Shown: positions 12,901 to 26,300 of the stretch, in pieces
How positions within the stretch are numbered: the stretch's first letter is position 1
Layout of the letters: every line of letters begins with the position of its first letter
DNA from: Octopus vulgaris
Taxonomy: Eukaryota
DNA: 64,000 nucleotides
NCBI GenBank assembly: GCA_951406725.2
Contig: OX597814.1
Span: 15,066,001-15,130,000, forward strand
Reading direction: 5' to 3'
Position numbers and translations under genes: made by a program
The notes under the pieces: generated by a model
Told to the model about the DNA's origin: nothing
Databases searched by the model: none
What the model saw: the letters and a program-made list of their open reading frames with translations, nothing else

Positions 12901-14024
12901 ATAATTTCATTATATATATACATAATTTGCATACATATATACATAATTTGCATATATATATACATAATTTGCATATAAATATACATAATTTGCATATATA
13001 TATACATAATTTGCATATAAATATACATAATTTGCATATATCTATACATAATTTTCATATATATATACATAATTTGCATATATATACTTAATTTGCATAT
13101 ATCTATACATAATTTTCATATATATATACATAATTTGCATATATATACTTAATTTGCATATATATATACATATTTTGCATATATATATACATATTTTGCA
13201 TATATATATACATAATTTGCATATATATATATAATAATTTGAATATATATATATACATAATTTGCATATATATATACATAATTTGCATATATATATACAT
13301 AATTTGCATATATATACATAATTTGCATATATATTTATACATGATTTGCATATATATACACATAATTTGCATATATATATACATAAATTGCATATATATA
13401 TACATAATTTGCATATATATATACATAATTTGCATATATCTATACATAATTTTCATATATATATATACATAATTTGCATACACATATACATAATTTGCAT
13501 ATATATATACATAATTTGCATATATGTATACATAATTGGAATATATATATACTTAATTTGCATATATATATACATAATTTGCATATATATATATACATAA
13601 TTTGCATATATATATAATAATTTGCATATATATATACATAATTTGCATATATATATACATAATTTGAATATATATATACATAATTTACATATATATATAC
13701 ATAATTTGCATATATATACAATTTGCATATATATATATATAATTTGCAGATATATATATATAATTCACATATATATATATATAATTTGCATCTATATATA
13801 TATAATCTATATATATATATAATTTGCATATATATAATTTGCATATATATATACATAATTTGCATATATATATACATAATTTGCATATATATATATACAT
13901 AATTTGCATATATATACACAAAATTTGCATATAAATATACATAATTTGCATATATATATACATAATTTGCATATATATATACATAATTTGCATATAAATG
14001 TACATAATTTGCATATATATACAT
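9968..14024. repeat. 21-bp satellite (CATAATTTGCATATATATATA)n
   Basis: ~4 kb tandem array (roughly 190 units by length). The 21-bp period produces the MQIMYIY / HNLHIYI pseudo-ORFs. Confidence 0.97.
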
Positions 14025-14026
14025 AT

Positions 14027-17000
14027 ATAGATTCTATTTATAGATTCTATTTATAGATTCTATTTATAGATTCTGTTTATAGACTCTATTTATTTTTTTA
14101 TTTATTTATTTATTTATTTATTTATAGCTTCTTTTTATAGCTTCTATTTATAGCTACTATTTATAGATTCTATTTATAGATTCTATTTATATTTTCTATT
14201 TATAGATTCTTTTTATAGATTCTATTTATAGATTCTATATATAGATTCTATTTATAGATTCTATTTATAGATACTCTTTATTTATTTTTTATATATTTAT
14301 TTATAGATTCTATTTATAGATTCTATTTATAGATTCTATTTATAGATACTATTCATAGATTCTATTTATAGATACTCTTTATTTATTTTTTTTTATTTAT
14401 TTATAGATTCTATATATAGATTCTATTTATAGATTCTATTTAAAGATTCTATTTATAGATTCTATATATAGATTCTATTTATAGATTCTATTTGTAGATA
14501 CTCTTTATTTATTTTTTTATTTATTTATTTATAGAATCAATTTATAGATTCTATTTATAGATTCTATTTATAGACACTATTCATAGATTCTATTTATAGA
14601 TACTATTTATAGATTCTATTTATATATTCTATTTATAGATACTATTTATTTATTTATTTATAGATTCTATTTATAGATACTCTTTATTTATTTATTTATT
14701 TATTAATTTATAGCTTCTTTTTATAGCTTCTATTTATAGCTACTATTTATAGATTCTATTTATAGATTATATTTATAGATTCGATTTATAGATTCTATTT
14801 ATATATTATATTTATTTATTTATTTATTTATTTACTTATTTATTTATTTATTTATAGATTCTATTTATAGATTCTATATATATATACTATTTATTTATTT
14901 ATTTATTTATTTATAGATTCTATTTATTGATTCTATTTATAGATTCTATTTATTGATACTATTTATAGATTCTATTTATAGATTCTATTTATAGATTCTA
15001 TTTATAGATTCTATTCATAGATTCTATTTATAGATTCTATTTATAGATTCTATTTATAGATTCTATTTATAGATTCTATTTATAGATTCTATTTATTTAT
15101 TTATTTATTTATTTATTTATAGATTCTATATATAGATACTATTTAATGATTCTATTTATAGATACTATTTATAGATTCTATTTATAGACACTATATATAG
15201 ATAATATTTATAGATTCTATTTAAAGATTATATTTATAGATACTATTTATCGATTCTATTTATAGATACTATTTATAGATTCTATTTATAGATACAATTT
15301 ATAGATTCTATTTATAGATTCTATTTATAGATTCTATATATAGATACTATATATTTATTTATTTATTTATCTATAGATTCTATTTATAATTTCTATTTAT
15401 AGATTCTATTTATAGATTCTATTTATAGATTCTATTTATAGATTCTATTTATAGATTCTATTTATAGATTCTATTTATAGATTCTATTTATTTATTTATT
15501 TATTTATTTACTTATTTTTTTATTTATTTATAGATTCTATTTATAGATTCTATTTATAGATACCATTTATGTATTCTATTTATAGATTCTATTTATAGAT
15601 TCTATTTATAGATACTATTTATAGATTTGAACCTGTTTGAACCGGTTTGAACCAGTTTAAACCGGTTTTTAGTTGCTGTTCTATTTTTAGTTTATTTGTT
15701 CTATTTTTAGTTGCTGTTCTATTTTTAGTTTATTTGTTCTATTTTTAGTTGCTGTTCTATTTTTACTTGCTGTTCTATTTTTAGTTGCTGTTCTATTTTT
15801 AGTTTATTTGTTCTATTTTTAGTTTATTTGTCCTATTTTTTGTTGCTGTTCTATTTTTAGTTTATTTCTCCTATTTTCAGTTTATTTGTACAATTTATAG
15901 TTTATTTGTCCTATTTTTAGTTGATGTTCTTTTTTAAGTTTATTTGTCCTATTTTTAGTTGCTGTTCTATTTTTAGTTTATTTGTCCTATTTTTAGTTGC
16001 TGTTCTATTTTTAGTTTATTTGTCCTATTTTTAGTTGCTGTTCTATTTTTAGTTTATTTGTCCTATTTTTAGTTGCTGTTCTATTTTTAGTTTATTTGTT
16101 CTATTTTTAGTTGCTGTTCTATTTTTAGTTGCTGTTCTACTTTTAGTTTATTTGTTCTATTTATAGTTGCTGTTCTATTTTTAATTGCTGTTCTATTTAT
16201 AGTTTATTTGTTTTATTTTTAGTTGCTGTTCTATTGTTAGTTTATTTGTCCTATTTTTAGTTGCTGTTCTATTTTTAGTTTATTTGTCCCATTTTTAGTT
16301 TATTTGTACTATTTTTAATTTATTTGTACTATTTTTAGCTTATTTGTCCTATTTTTAGTTTATTTGTCCTATTTTTCATTTATTTGTTCTATTTTTAGTT
16401 TATTTGTCCTATTTTTAGTTGCTGTTCTATTTTTAGTTTATTTCTTCTATCTTTAGTTTACTTGTCCTATTTTAGTTGCTGTCCTTCTTTTAGTTTATTT
16501 GTTCTATTTTTAGTTGCTGTTCTTTTTTTAGTTGCTGGTCTATTTTTAGTTGCTGTTCTATTTTCAGTTTATTTGTTCTATTTTTAGTTGCAGTTCTATT
16601 TTTAGTTTATTTGTTCTATTTTTAGTTGCTGTTTAATTTTTAGTTTATTTCTTCTATTTTTAGTTGCTGTTCTATTTTTAGTTTATTTGTTCTATTTTTA
16701 GATGCTGTTCTATTTTTAGTTGCTGTTGAATTTTTAGTTACTGTTCTATATTTAGTTTATTTGTCCTATTTTTAACTTTATTTGCCATATTATTAGTTTA
16801 TTTGTCCTATTTTTAATTTATTTGTTCGATCTTTAGTTTATTTGTCCTATTTCTAGTTGCTGTTCTATTTTAGTTTATTTGTTCTATTTTTAGTTGCTGT
16901 TCTATTTTTAGTTTATTCGACCTATTTTTAGTTTATTTGTCCTATTTTTAGTTGCTGTTCTTTTTTTAGTTTATTTGTTCTATTTTTAGTTGCTGTTCTA

Positions 17001-17353
17001 TTTTTAGTTTTTTTGTCCCAACTTTAGTAGCTGTTCTATTTTTACTTGCTGTTCTATTTTTAGTTGCTGTTCTATTTTTAGTTGCTGTTCTATTTTTAGT
17101 TTATTTGTTCTATTTTTAGTTGCTGTTCTTTTTTTAGTTGCTGTTCTATTTTTAGTTTATTTGTTCTGTTTAGTTGCTGTTCTATTTTTAATTTATTCGT
17201 TCTATTTTTAGTTGCTGTTCTATTTTTATAGCTTCTATTTATAGATTCTATTTATAGATTCTATTTATAGATTCTATTTATAAATTCAATATATTTATTT
17301 ATTTATTTATTTATTTATAGATTCTATTCATTGATTCTTTTTATAGATTCTAT

Positions 17354-17384
<31 letters not shown>

Positions 17385-20300
17385 TAGATTCTATTTATAG
17401 ATTCTATTTATAGATACTATTTATAGATTCTATTAAAAGATTCTATTTATAGATTCTATTTATTGATTCTATTTATAGATTCTATTTATAGATTCTATTT
17501 ATAGATTCTATTTATAGATACTCTTTATTTATTTATTTATTTATTTATTTATAGATTCTATTTAATGATTCTAATTATAGATACTATTCATAGATTCTAT
17601 TTATAGATATTATTTGTAGATTCTATTTATAGATTCTATTTATAGATTCTATTTATAGATTCTATTCATAGATACTATTTATTTATTTATTTATAGGTTC
17701 TATTTATTGATTCTATTTATAGATTCTATTTATAGATACTATTTATAGATTCTATTTTTAGATTCTATTTATAGATTCTATTTATAGATTCTATTTATAG
17801 ATTCTATTCACATATTGTATTTATAGATTCTATTTATAGATACTCTTTATTCATTTATTTATTTTTTTATTTATAGATTCTATTTATAGATTCTATTCAT
17901 AGATTCTATTTATTTATTTATAGATTCTATTTATAGATACTATTTAATGATTCTATTTATAGATACTATTTATAGATTCTATTTATAGATACTATATATA
18001 GATTCTATTTATAGATTCTATTTAAAGATTCTATTTATAGATACTATTTATAGATTATATTTATAGATACTATTTATAGATTCTATTTATAGATTCTATT
18101 TAATGATTCTATTTATAGATACTATTTATAGATTCTATTTATAGATACAATTTATAGATTCTATTTATAGATTCTATTTATAGATTCTATTTATAGATTC
18201 TATTTATAGATACTATTTATGTATTCCATTTATAGATTCTATTTATAGATTCTATTTATAGATTCTATTTATAGATACTATTTATAGATTTGAACCAGTT
18301 TGAACCGGTTTGAACCAGTTGAAACCGGTTTTTAGTTGCTGTTCTATTTTTAGTTTATTTGTCCTATTTTTTGTTGCTGTTCTATTTTTAGTTTATTTGT
18401 TCTATTTTTAGTTGCTGTTCTATTTTTAGTTTATTTGTTCTATTTTTAGTTGCTGTTCTATTTTTACTTGCTGTTCTATTTTTAGTTGCTGTTCTATTTT
18501 TACTTGCTGTTCTATTTTTAGTTGCTGTTCTATTTTTAGTCTATTCGTTCTATTTTTAGTTTATTTGTCCTATTTTTAGTTGCTGTTCTATTTTTAGTTT
18601 ATTTCTCCTATTTTTAGTTGCTGTTCTATTTTTAGTTTATTTGTCCTATTTTTAGTTGCTGTTCTATTTTTAGTTTATTTGTCCTATTTTTAGTAGCTGT
18701 TCTATTTTTAGTTTATTTGTTCTATTTTTAGTTGCTGGTCTATTTTTAGTTTATTTGTTCTATTTTTAGTTGCTGTACTATTTTTAGTTGCTGTTCTACT
18801 TTTAGTTTATTTGCTCTATTTATAGTTGCTGTTCTATTTTTAGTTGCTGTTCTATTTATAGTTTATTTGTTTTATTTTTAGTTGCTGTTCTATTTTTAGT
18901 TTATTTGTCCTATTTTTAGTTGCTCTTCTATTTTTAGTTCATTTGTCCTATTTTTAGTTTATATGTCCTATTTTTCGTTTATTTGTTCTATTTTTAGTTT
19001 ATTTGCCCTATTTTTAGTTGCTGTTATATTTTTAGTTTATTTCTTCTATCTTTAGTTTACTTGTCCTATTTTTAGTTGCTGTCCTACTTTTAGTTTATTT
19101 GTTCTATTTTTAGTTGCTGTTCTTTTTTAGTTGCTGGTCTATTTTTAGTTGCTGTTCTATTTTTAGTTTATTTGTTCTATTTTTAGTTGCTGTTCTATTT
19201 TTAATTTATTTGTTCTATTTTTAGTTGCTGTTTAATTTTTAGTTTATTTCTTCTATTTTTAGTTGCTGTTCTATTTTTAGTTTATTTGTTCTATTTTTAG
19301 ATGCTGTTCTATTTTTAGTTGCTGTTGAATTTTTAGTTGCTGTTCTATATTTAGTTTATTTGTCCTATTTTTACTTTATTTGCCATATTATTAGTTTATT
19401 TGTCCTATTTTTAATTTATTTGTTCTATTTTTAGTTTATTTGTCCTATTTTTAGTTGCTGTTCTATTTTTAGTTTATTTGTCCTATTTTTAGTTGCTGTT
19501 CTATTTTTAGTTTATTTGTCCTATTTTTAGTTTATTTGTCCTATTTTTAGTTGCTGTTCTATTTTTAGTTTATTTGTTCTAATTTTAGTTTATTTGTCCT
19601 ATTTTTAGTTTATTTGTCCTATTTTAGTTGCTGTTCTATTTTGAGTTTTTTTGTCCTATCTTTAGTAGCTGTTCTATTTTTACTTGATGTTCTATTTTTA
19701 GTTGCTGTTCTATTTTTAGTTGATGTTCTATTTTTAGTTTATTTGTTCTATTTTTAGTTGCTCTTCTATTTTTAGTTGCTGTTCTATTTTTAGTTTATTT
19801 GTTCTGTTTAGTTGCTGTTCTATTTTTAATTTATTCGTTCTATTTTTAGTTGTTGTTCTATTTTTATAGCTTCTATTTATAGATTCTATTTATAACTACT
19901 ATTAATAGATTCTATTTATAGATTCTATTTATAGATTCTATTTATAGATTCTATTTATAGATTCAATATATTTATTTATTTATTTATTTATAGATTCTAT
20001 TCATTGATTCTTTTTATAGTTTCTATTTATTTATTTATTTTTTTATTTATTTATTTATTTATTTATAGATTCTATTTATAGATTCTATTTATAGATTCTA
20101 TTAATAGATTCTATTTATAGATTCTATTTATAGATTCTATTTATTGATTCTATTTATAGATACTCTTTATTTATTTATTTATTGTTTTATAGATTCTATT
20201 TATAGATTCTATTTATAGATTCTATTTATAGATTCTATTTATTTATTTATTTATTCATTTATTTATAGATTCTATTTATAGATACTATTTAAAGATTCCA

Positions 20301-23300
20301 TTTATAGATACTATTTATAGATTCTATTTATAGATTCTATTTATAGATTCTATTTATATATTCTATTTATAGATAATATTTATTTAATTATTTATTATTA
20401 ATAGATTCTATTTATAGATTCTATTTATAGATTCTATTTATAGATTCTATTTATAGATTTGAACCCGTTTGAACCGGTTTGAACCAGTTTGAACCGGTTT
20501 TTAGTTGCTGTTCTATTTTTAGTTCATTTGTTCTATTTTTAATTGCTGTTCTATTTTTAGTTTATTTGTTCTATTTTTAGTTGCTGTTCTATTTTTAGTT
20601 TATTTGTTCTGTTTTTAGTTGCTGTTCTATTTTTACTTGCTATTCTATTTTTAGTTGCTGTTCTATTTTTAGTTTATTTCATCTATTTTTAGTTTATTTG
20701 TCCTATTTTTAGTTGCTGTACTATTTTTGTTTATTTGTCCTATTTTCAGTTTATTTGTCCAATTTTTAGTTTATTTGTCCTATTTTTAGTTGCTGTTATA
20801 TTTTTATTGCTGTTCTATTTTTAGCAACTAAAAATAGAACAAATAAACTAAAAATAGAACAGCAACTAAAAATAGAAGAGCAAGTAAAAATAGATCAGCA
20901 ACTAAAAATAGAACAAATAAACTAAAAATAGAACAGCAACTAAAAACAGAACAGCAAGTATAAATAGAACAGTAACTAAAAAGAGAACAAATAAACTAAA
21001 AAGAGAAAAGCAACTAAAAATAGAACAGCAACTAAAAATAGAACAAATAAACTAAAAATAGAACAGCAACTATAAATAGAACAGCAACTAAAGATAGAAC
21101 AAATAAGGTAAAAACAGAACAGCAACTAAAAATAGAACAGCAAGTAAAAATAGAACAGCGAAAAAAATAGAACAAATAAACTAAAAATAGAACAGCAACT
21201 AAAAATTGGACAAATATACTAAAAATAGAACAGCAATTAAAAAAAGAATAAATTATCTAAAAAGAGAACAGCAACTAAAAATAGAACAAATAAACTAAAA
21301 ATAGAACAGCAATTAAAATTGAACAAATAAACTAAAAATAGAACACCAACTAAAAATAGAATAGCAAGTAAAAATAGAACAGCAACTAAAAAAAGGACAA
21401 ATAAACTAAAAATAGAACAACAACTATAAAAATAACAAATTAACTAAAAATAGAAATGCAACTAAAAATAGAGCAGCAACTAAAAATAGAACAAATTAAC
21501 TAAAAATAGAACAACAACTAAAAATAGAACAGCAAATAATAATAGAACAAATAAACTAAATATAGAACAGCAACTAAAAATAGGACAGCAACTAAAAATA
21601 GAACAGCAACTAAAAATATGACAAATAAACTAAAAAGAGAACAGCAACTAAAAATGGAACAGCAACTAAAAATAGGACAAATAAACTAAAAATAAAACAG
21701 CAACTAAAATAGGACAAAAAAACTAAAAAATTGAACAGCAACTAAAAATAGGACAACTAAACTAAAAATAGAAAAGCAACTAAGTATAGGACATATTAAC
21801 TAAAAATAGAACAGCAACTAAAGCTAGAACAGCAACTAAAAATAGGACAAATAAACTAAAAATAAAAGCCAACTAAAAATAGAACAGCAACTAAAAATAG
21901 AACAGCAACTAAAAATAGAACAAATAAACTAAAAATAGAACAGCAACTAAAAATAGAACAAATAAACTAAAAATAGAACAGCAACTAAAAATAGAACAGC
22001 ATGTACAAATAGAACAGCAACTCAAAATAGAACAAATAAACAAAAAATAGAAAAGCAACTAAAAATAGAACAGCAACTAAAAATAGAACAAAGAAACTAA
22101 ATATAGAACAGCAACTAAAGATAGAACAAATAAACTAAAAATAGAACAGCAACTAAAAATAGAACAGCAAGTATAATTAGAACAGCAACAAAAATAGAAC
22201 AAATGAACTAAAAATAGAACAGCAACTAAAAATAGAACAGCAACTAAAAATAGAACAAATACTCTAAAATAATTACAGCAACTAAAAATAGAACAGCAAG
22301 TACAAATAAATCAGCAAATAAAAATAGAACAAATACACTAAAAATAGAGCAGCAACTAAAAATAGTACAAATAATGTAAAAATAGAACAGCAACTAAAAA
22401 CAGAACAGCAAGTATAAATAGAACAGCAACGAAAAATAGAACAGCAAATAATAATAGGAAAAATAAATTAAATATAAAACAGCAACTAAAAATAGAAGAG
22501 CAACTAAAAATAGAACAAATAAAATAAAAATAGAACAGCAGCTAAAAAATAGAACAGCAACTAAAAATAGGACAGCAACTAAAAATAGGACAAATAAACT
22601 AAAAATAGGACAGCAACTAAAAATAGAACAGCAACTAAAAATACGACAAATAAACAAAAAATAGAACAGCAACTAAAATTGGACAAATAAACTAAAAAGT
22701 GAATAGCAACTAAAAATAGGACAAATAAACTAAAAATAGAAAAGCAACTAAATATAAGACAAATTAACTCAAAATAGGACAGCAACTAATGATAGAACAG
22801 CAAAAAAAAATAGGACAAATAAACTAAAAATAGGACAGCAACTCAAAGTAGAACAGCAACTAAATATAGAACAAATAAACTAAAAATAGAACAGCAAGTA
22901 AATATAGAACAGCAACTAAAAATAGAACAAATAAAATAAAAATAGAACATCAACTAAAAATAGAACAAATAAACTAAAAATAGAACAGCAACTAAAAATA
23001 GGACAAATAAACCAAAATAGAACAGCAACTAAAAATAGGACAAATATACTAAAAATATGATAAATAAACTAAAAATAGGACAAATGAACTAAAAATAGAA
23101 CAACAACTAAAAATAGAACAGCAAATAATAATAGAACAAATAAACTAAATATAGAACAGCAACTAAAAATAGAACAGCTACTAAAAATAGAACAAATAAA
23201 CTAAAAATAGAACAGCAACAAAAAATAGGACAAATAAACTAAAAATAGAACAGCAACTAAAAATTGAACAGCAACTAAAAATAGGACAAATAAACTAAAA

Positions 23301-26300
23301 ATAGAACAGCAACTAAAAATAGAACAGCAACTAAAAATAGAACAAATAAACTAAAAATAGAACAGCAACTAAAAATAGAACAAATAAACTAAAAATAGAA
23401 CAAATAAACTAAAAATAGAACAAATAAACTAAAAATAGAACAGCAACTAAAAATAGAACAGCAACTAAAAATAGAACAGCAACTAAAAATAGAACAGCAA
23501 CTAAAAAAAGAACAAATAAACTAAAAAGAGAACAGCAACTAAAAATAGAACAGCAACTAAAAATACGAGAAATAAACTAAAAATAGAACAGCAACTAAAA
23601 TAGGACAAATAAACTAAAAATTGAACAGCAACTAAAAATAGGACCAATAAACTAAAAATAGAAAAGCAACTAAATATAGGACAAATTAACTAAAAATAGA
23701 ACAACAACTAAAAATAGGACATATAAACTAAAAATAGAACAGGAACTAAAAATAGAACAGCAACTAAAAATAGAACAAATAAACTTAAAATAGAACAGCA
23801 ATTAAAAATAGAACAGCAAGTATAAATAGAACAGCAACAAAAATAGAACAAATAAACTAAAGATAGAACAGCAACTAAAAATAGAACAGCAACTAAAGAT
23901 AGAACATATAAACTAAAAATAGAACAGCAATTAAAAATAGAACAGCAAGTATAAATAGAAGAGCAATAAAAATAGAACAAATAAATTAAAAATAGAACAG
24001 CAACTAAAAATAGAATAGCAACTAAAAATAGAACAAATAAACTAAATATAGAACAGCAACTAAAAATAGTACAGTAGGTAAAAATAGATCAGCAACTAAA
24101 AATAGAACAAATAAACTAAAAATAGGACAGCAACTAAAAATAGAACAAATAAATTAAAATAGAACAGCAACTAAAAACAGAACAGCAAATATAAATAGAA
24201 CAGCAACTGAAATAGAACAGCAACTAAAAATAGAACAGCAACTAAAAATAGAACAAATAAACTAAAAATAGAACAGCAACTAAAAATAGAACAGCAACTA
24301 AAATAGAACATATAAACTAAAAATAGAACAGCAACTAAAAATAGAACAGCAACTAAAAATAGAACAGCAACAAAAATAGAACAAATAAACTAAAAATAGA
24401 ACAGCAACTAAAAATAGAACAGCAACTAAAAATAGAACAAATAAACTAAAAATAGAACAGCAACTAAAAATAGAACAGCAAGTAAAAATAGAACAGCAAC
24501 TAAAAATAGAACAAATAAACTAAAAATAGAACAGCAACTAAAAATAGAACAAATAAACTAAAAATAGAACAGCAACTATATATAGAGCAGCAACTAAAAA
24601 TAGAACAGCAACTTAAAATAGAACAGCAAGTAAAAATTGAACAGCAACTAAAAATAGAATAAATAAAATAAAAATGGAACAGCAACTAAAAATAGAACAG
24701 CAACAAAAATAGAACAAATAAACTAAATATAGAACAGCAACTAAAAATAGAACAGCAACTAAAAATAGAAAAGCAACTAAAAATAGAACAGCAACTAAAA
24801 ATAGAACAAATAAACTTAAAATAGAACAGCAACTAAAAATAGAACAAATAAACTAAAAATATTTGTACTATTTTTAGTTTATTTGTCCTATTTTTAGCTT
24901 ATTTCTCCTATTTTTAGTTTATTTGTCCTATTTTTTGTTTATTTGTTCTATTTTTAGTTTATTTGTCCTATTTTTAGTTGCTGTTATATTTTTAGTTTAT
25001 TTGTTCTATTTTAGTTGCTGTTCTATATTTAGTTGCTGTTCTATTTTTAGTTTATTTGTTCTATTTTTAGTTGCTGTTCTATTTTTAGTTTATTTGTTCT
25101 ATTTTTAGTTGCTGTTCTATTTTTAGTTTATTTGTTCTATTTTTAGTTGCTGTTCTATTTTTAGTTTATTTGTCCTATTTTTAGTTGCTGTTCTATTTTT
25201 TAGTTGCTGTTCTATTTTTAGTTTATTTGTTCTATTTTTTAGTTGATGTTCTATTTTTAGTTTATTTGTTCTATTCTTATTTGCCGTCCTATTTTTAGTT
25301 TATTTATCCTATTATTAGTTTATTCGTTCTATCTTTATTTTATTTGCCCTATTTATAGTTTATTTGTTCTATTTGTAGTTTATTTGTCCTATTTTTAGTT
25401 GCTGGTCTATTTTCAGTCTATTTGTTCTATTTTTAGTTGCAGTTCTATTTTTAGTTTATTTGTTCTATTTTTAGTTGCTGTTCTATTTTTAGTTTATTTG
25501 TCCAATTTTAAAGTTATTTGTCCTATTTTTAGTTTATTTGCCCTATTTTTAATTTATTTGTCCTATTTTTTAATTATTTGTTCTATTTTTAGTTTATTTG
25601 TCCTAATTTTAGTTGCTGTTCTATTTTTAGTTTATTTGTTCTATTTTTAGTTGCTGTTCTATTTTTAGTTTATTTGTTCTACTTTTAGTTGCTGTTCTAT
25701 TTTTAGTTTATTTGTTCTATTTTAATTGCTCTTCTATTTTTAGTTGCTGTTCTATTTTTAGTTTATTTGTTCTATTTTTAGTTGCTTTTCTATTTTTAGT
25801 TTATTTGTCCTATTTTTAGTTGCTGTTCTATTTTTAGTTTATTTGTCCTATTTTTAGTTTATTTGTCCTATTTTTAGATTATTTCTACTATTTTTATTTT
25901 ATTTGTCCTATTTTTATTTTATTTGTTCTATTGTTAGTTTATTTGTCCTATTCTTAGTTGCTGTTCTATTTTTAGTTTATTTCTTCTATTTTTAGTTTAT
26001 TTGTCCAATTTTAAAGTTATTTGTCCTATTTTTAGTTTATTTGTCCTATTTTTAATTTATTTGTCCTATTTTTTATTTATTTGTTCTATTTTAAGTTTAT
26101 TTGTCCTATTTTTAGTTGCTGTTCTATTTTTAGTTTATTTGTTCTTTTTTTAATTGCTGTTCTATTTTTAGTTTATTTGTTCTATTTTTAGTTGCTGTTC
26201 TATTTTAGTTCATTTGTTCTATATTTAGTTGCTGTTCTATTTTTAGTTGCTGTTCTATTTTTAGTTTATTTGTTCTATTTTTAGTTGCTTTTCTATTTCT

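Noticed and set aside
9974-14024. Dozens of long ORFs (MQIMYIY…, HNLHIYI…)
   Set aside because: They result from a stop-free 21-bp period; frames shift constantly and there is no protein-like complexity.
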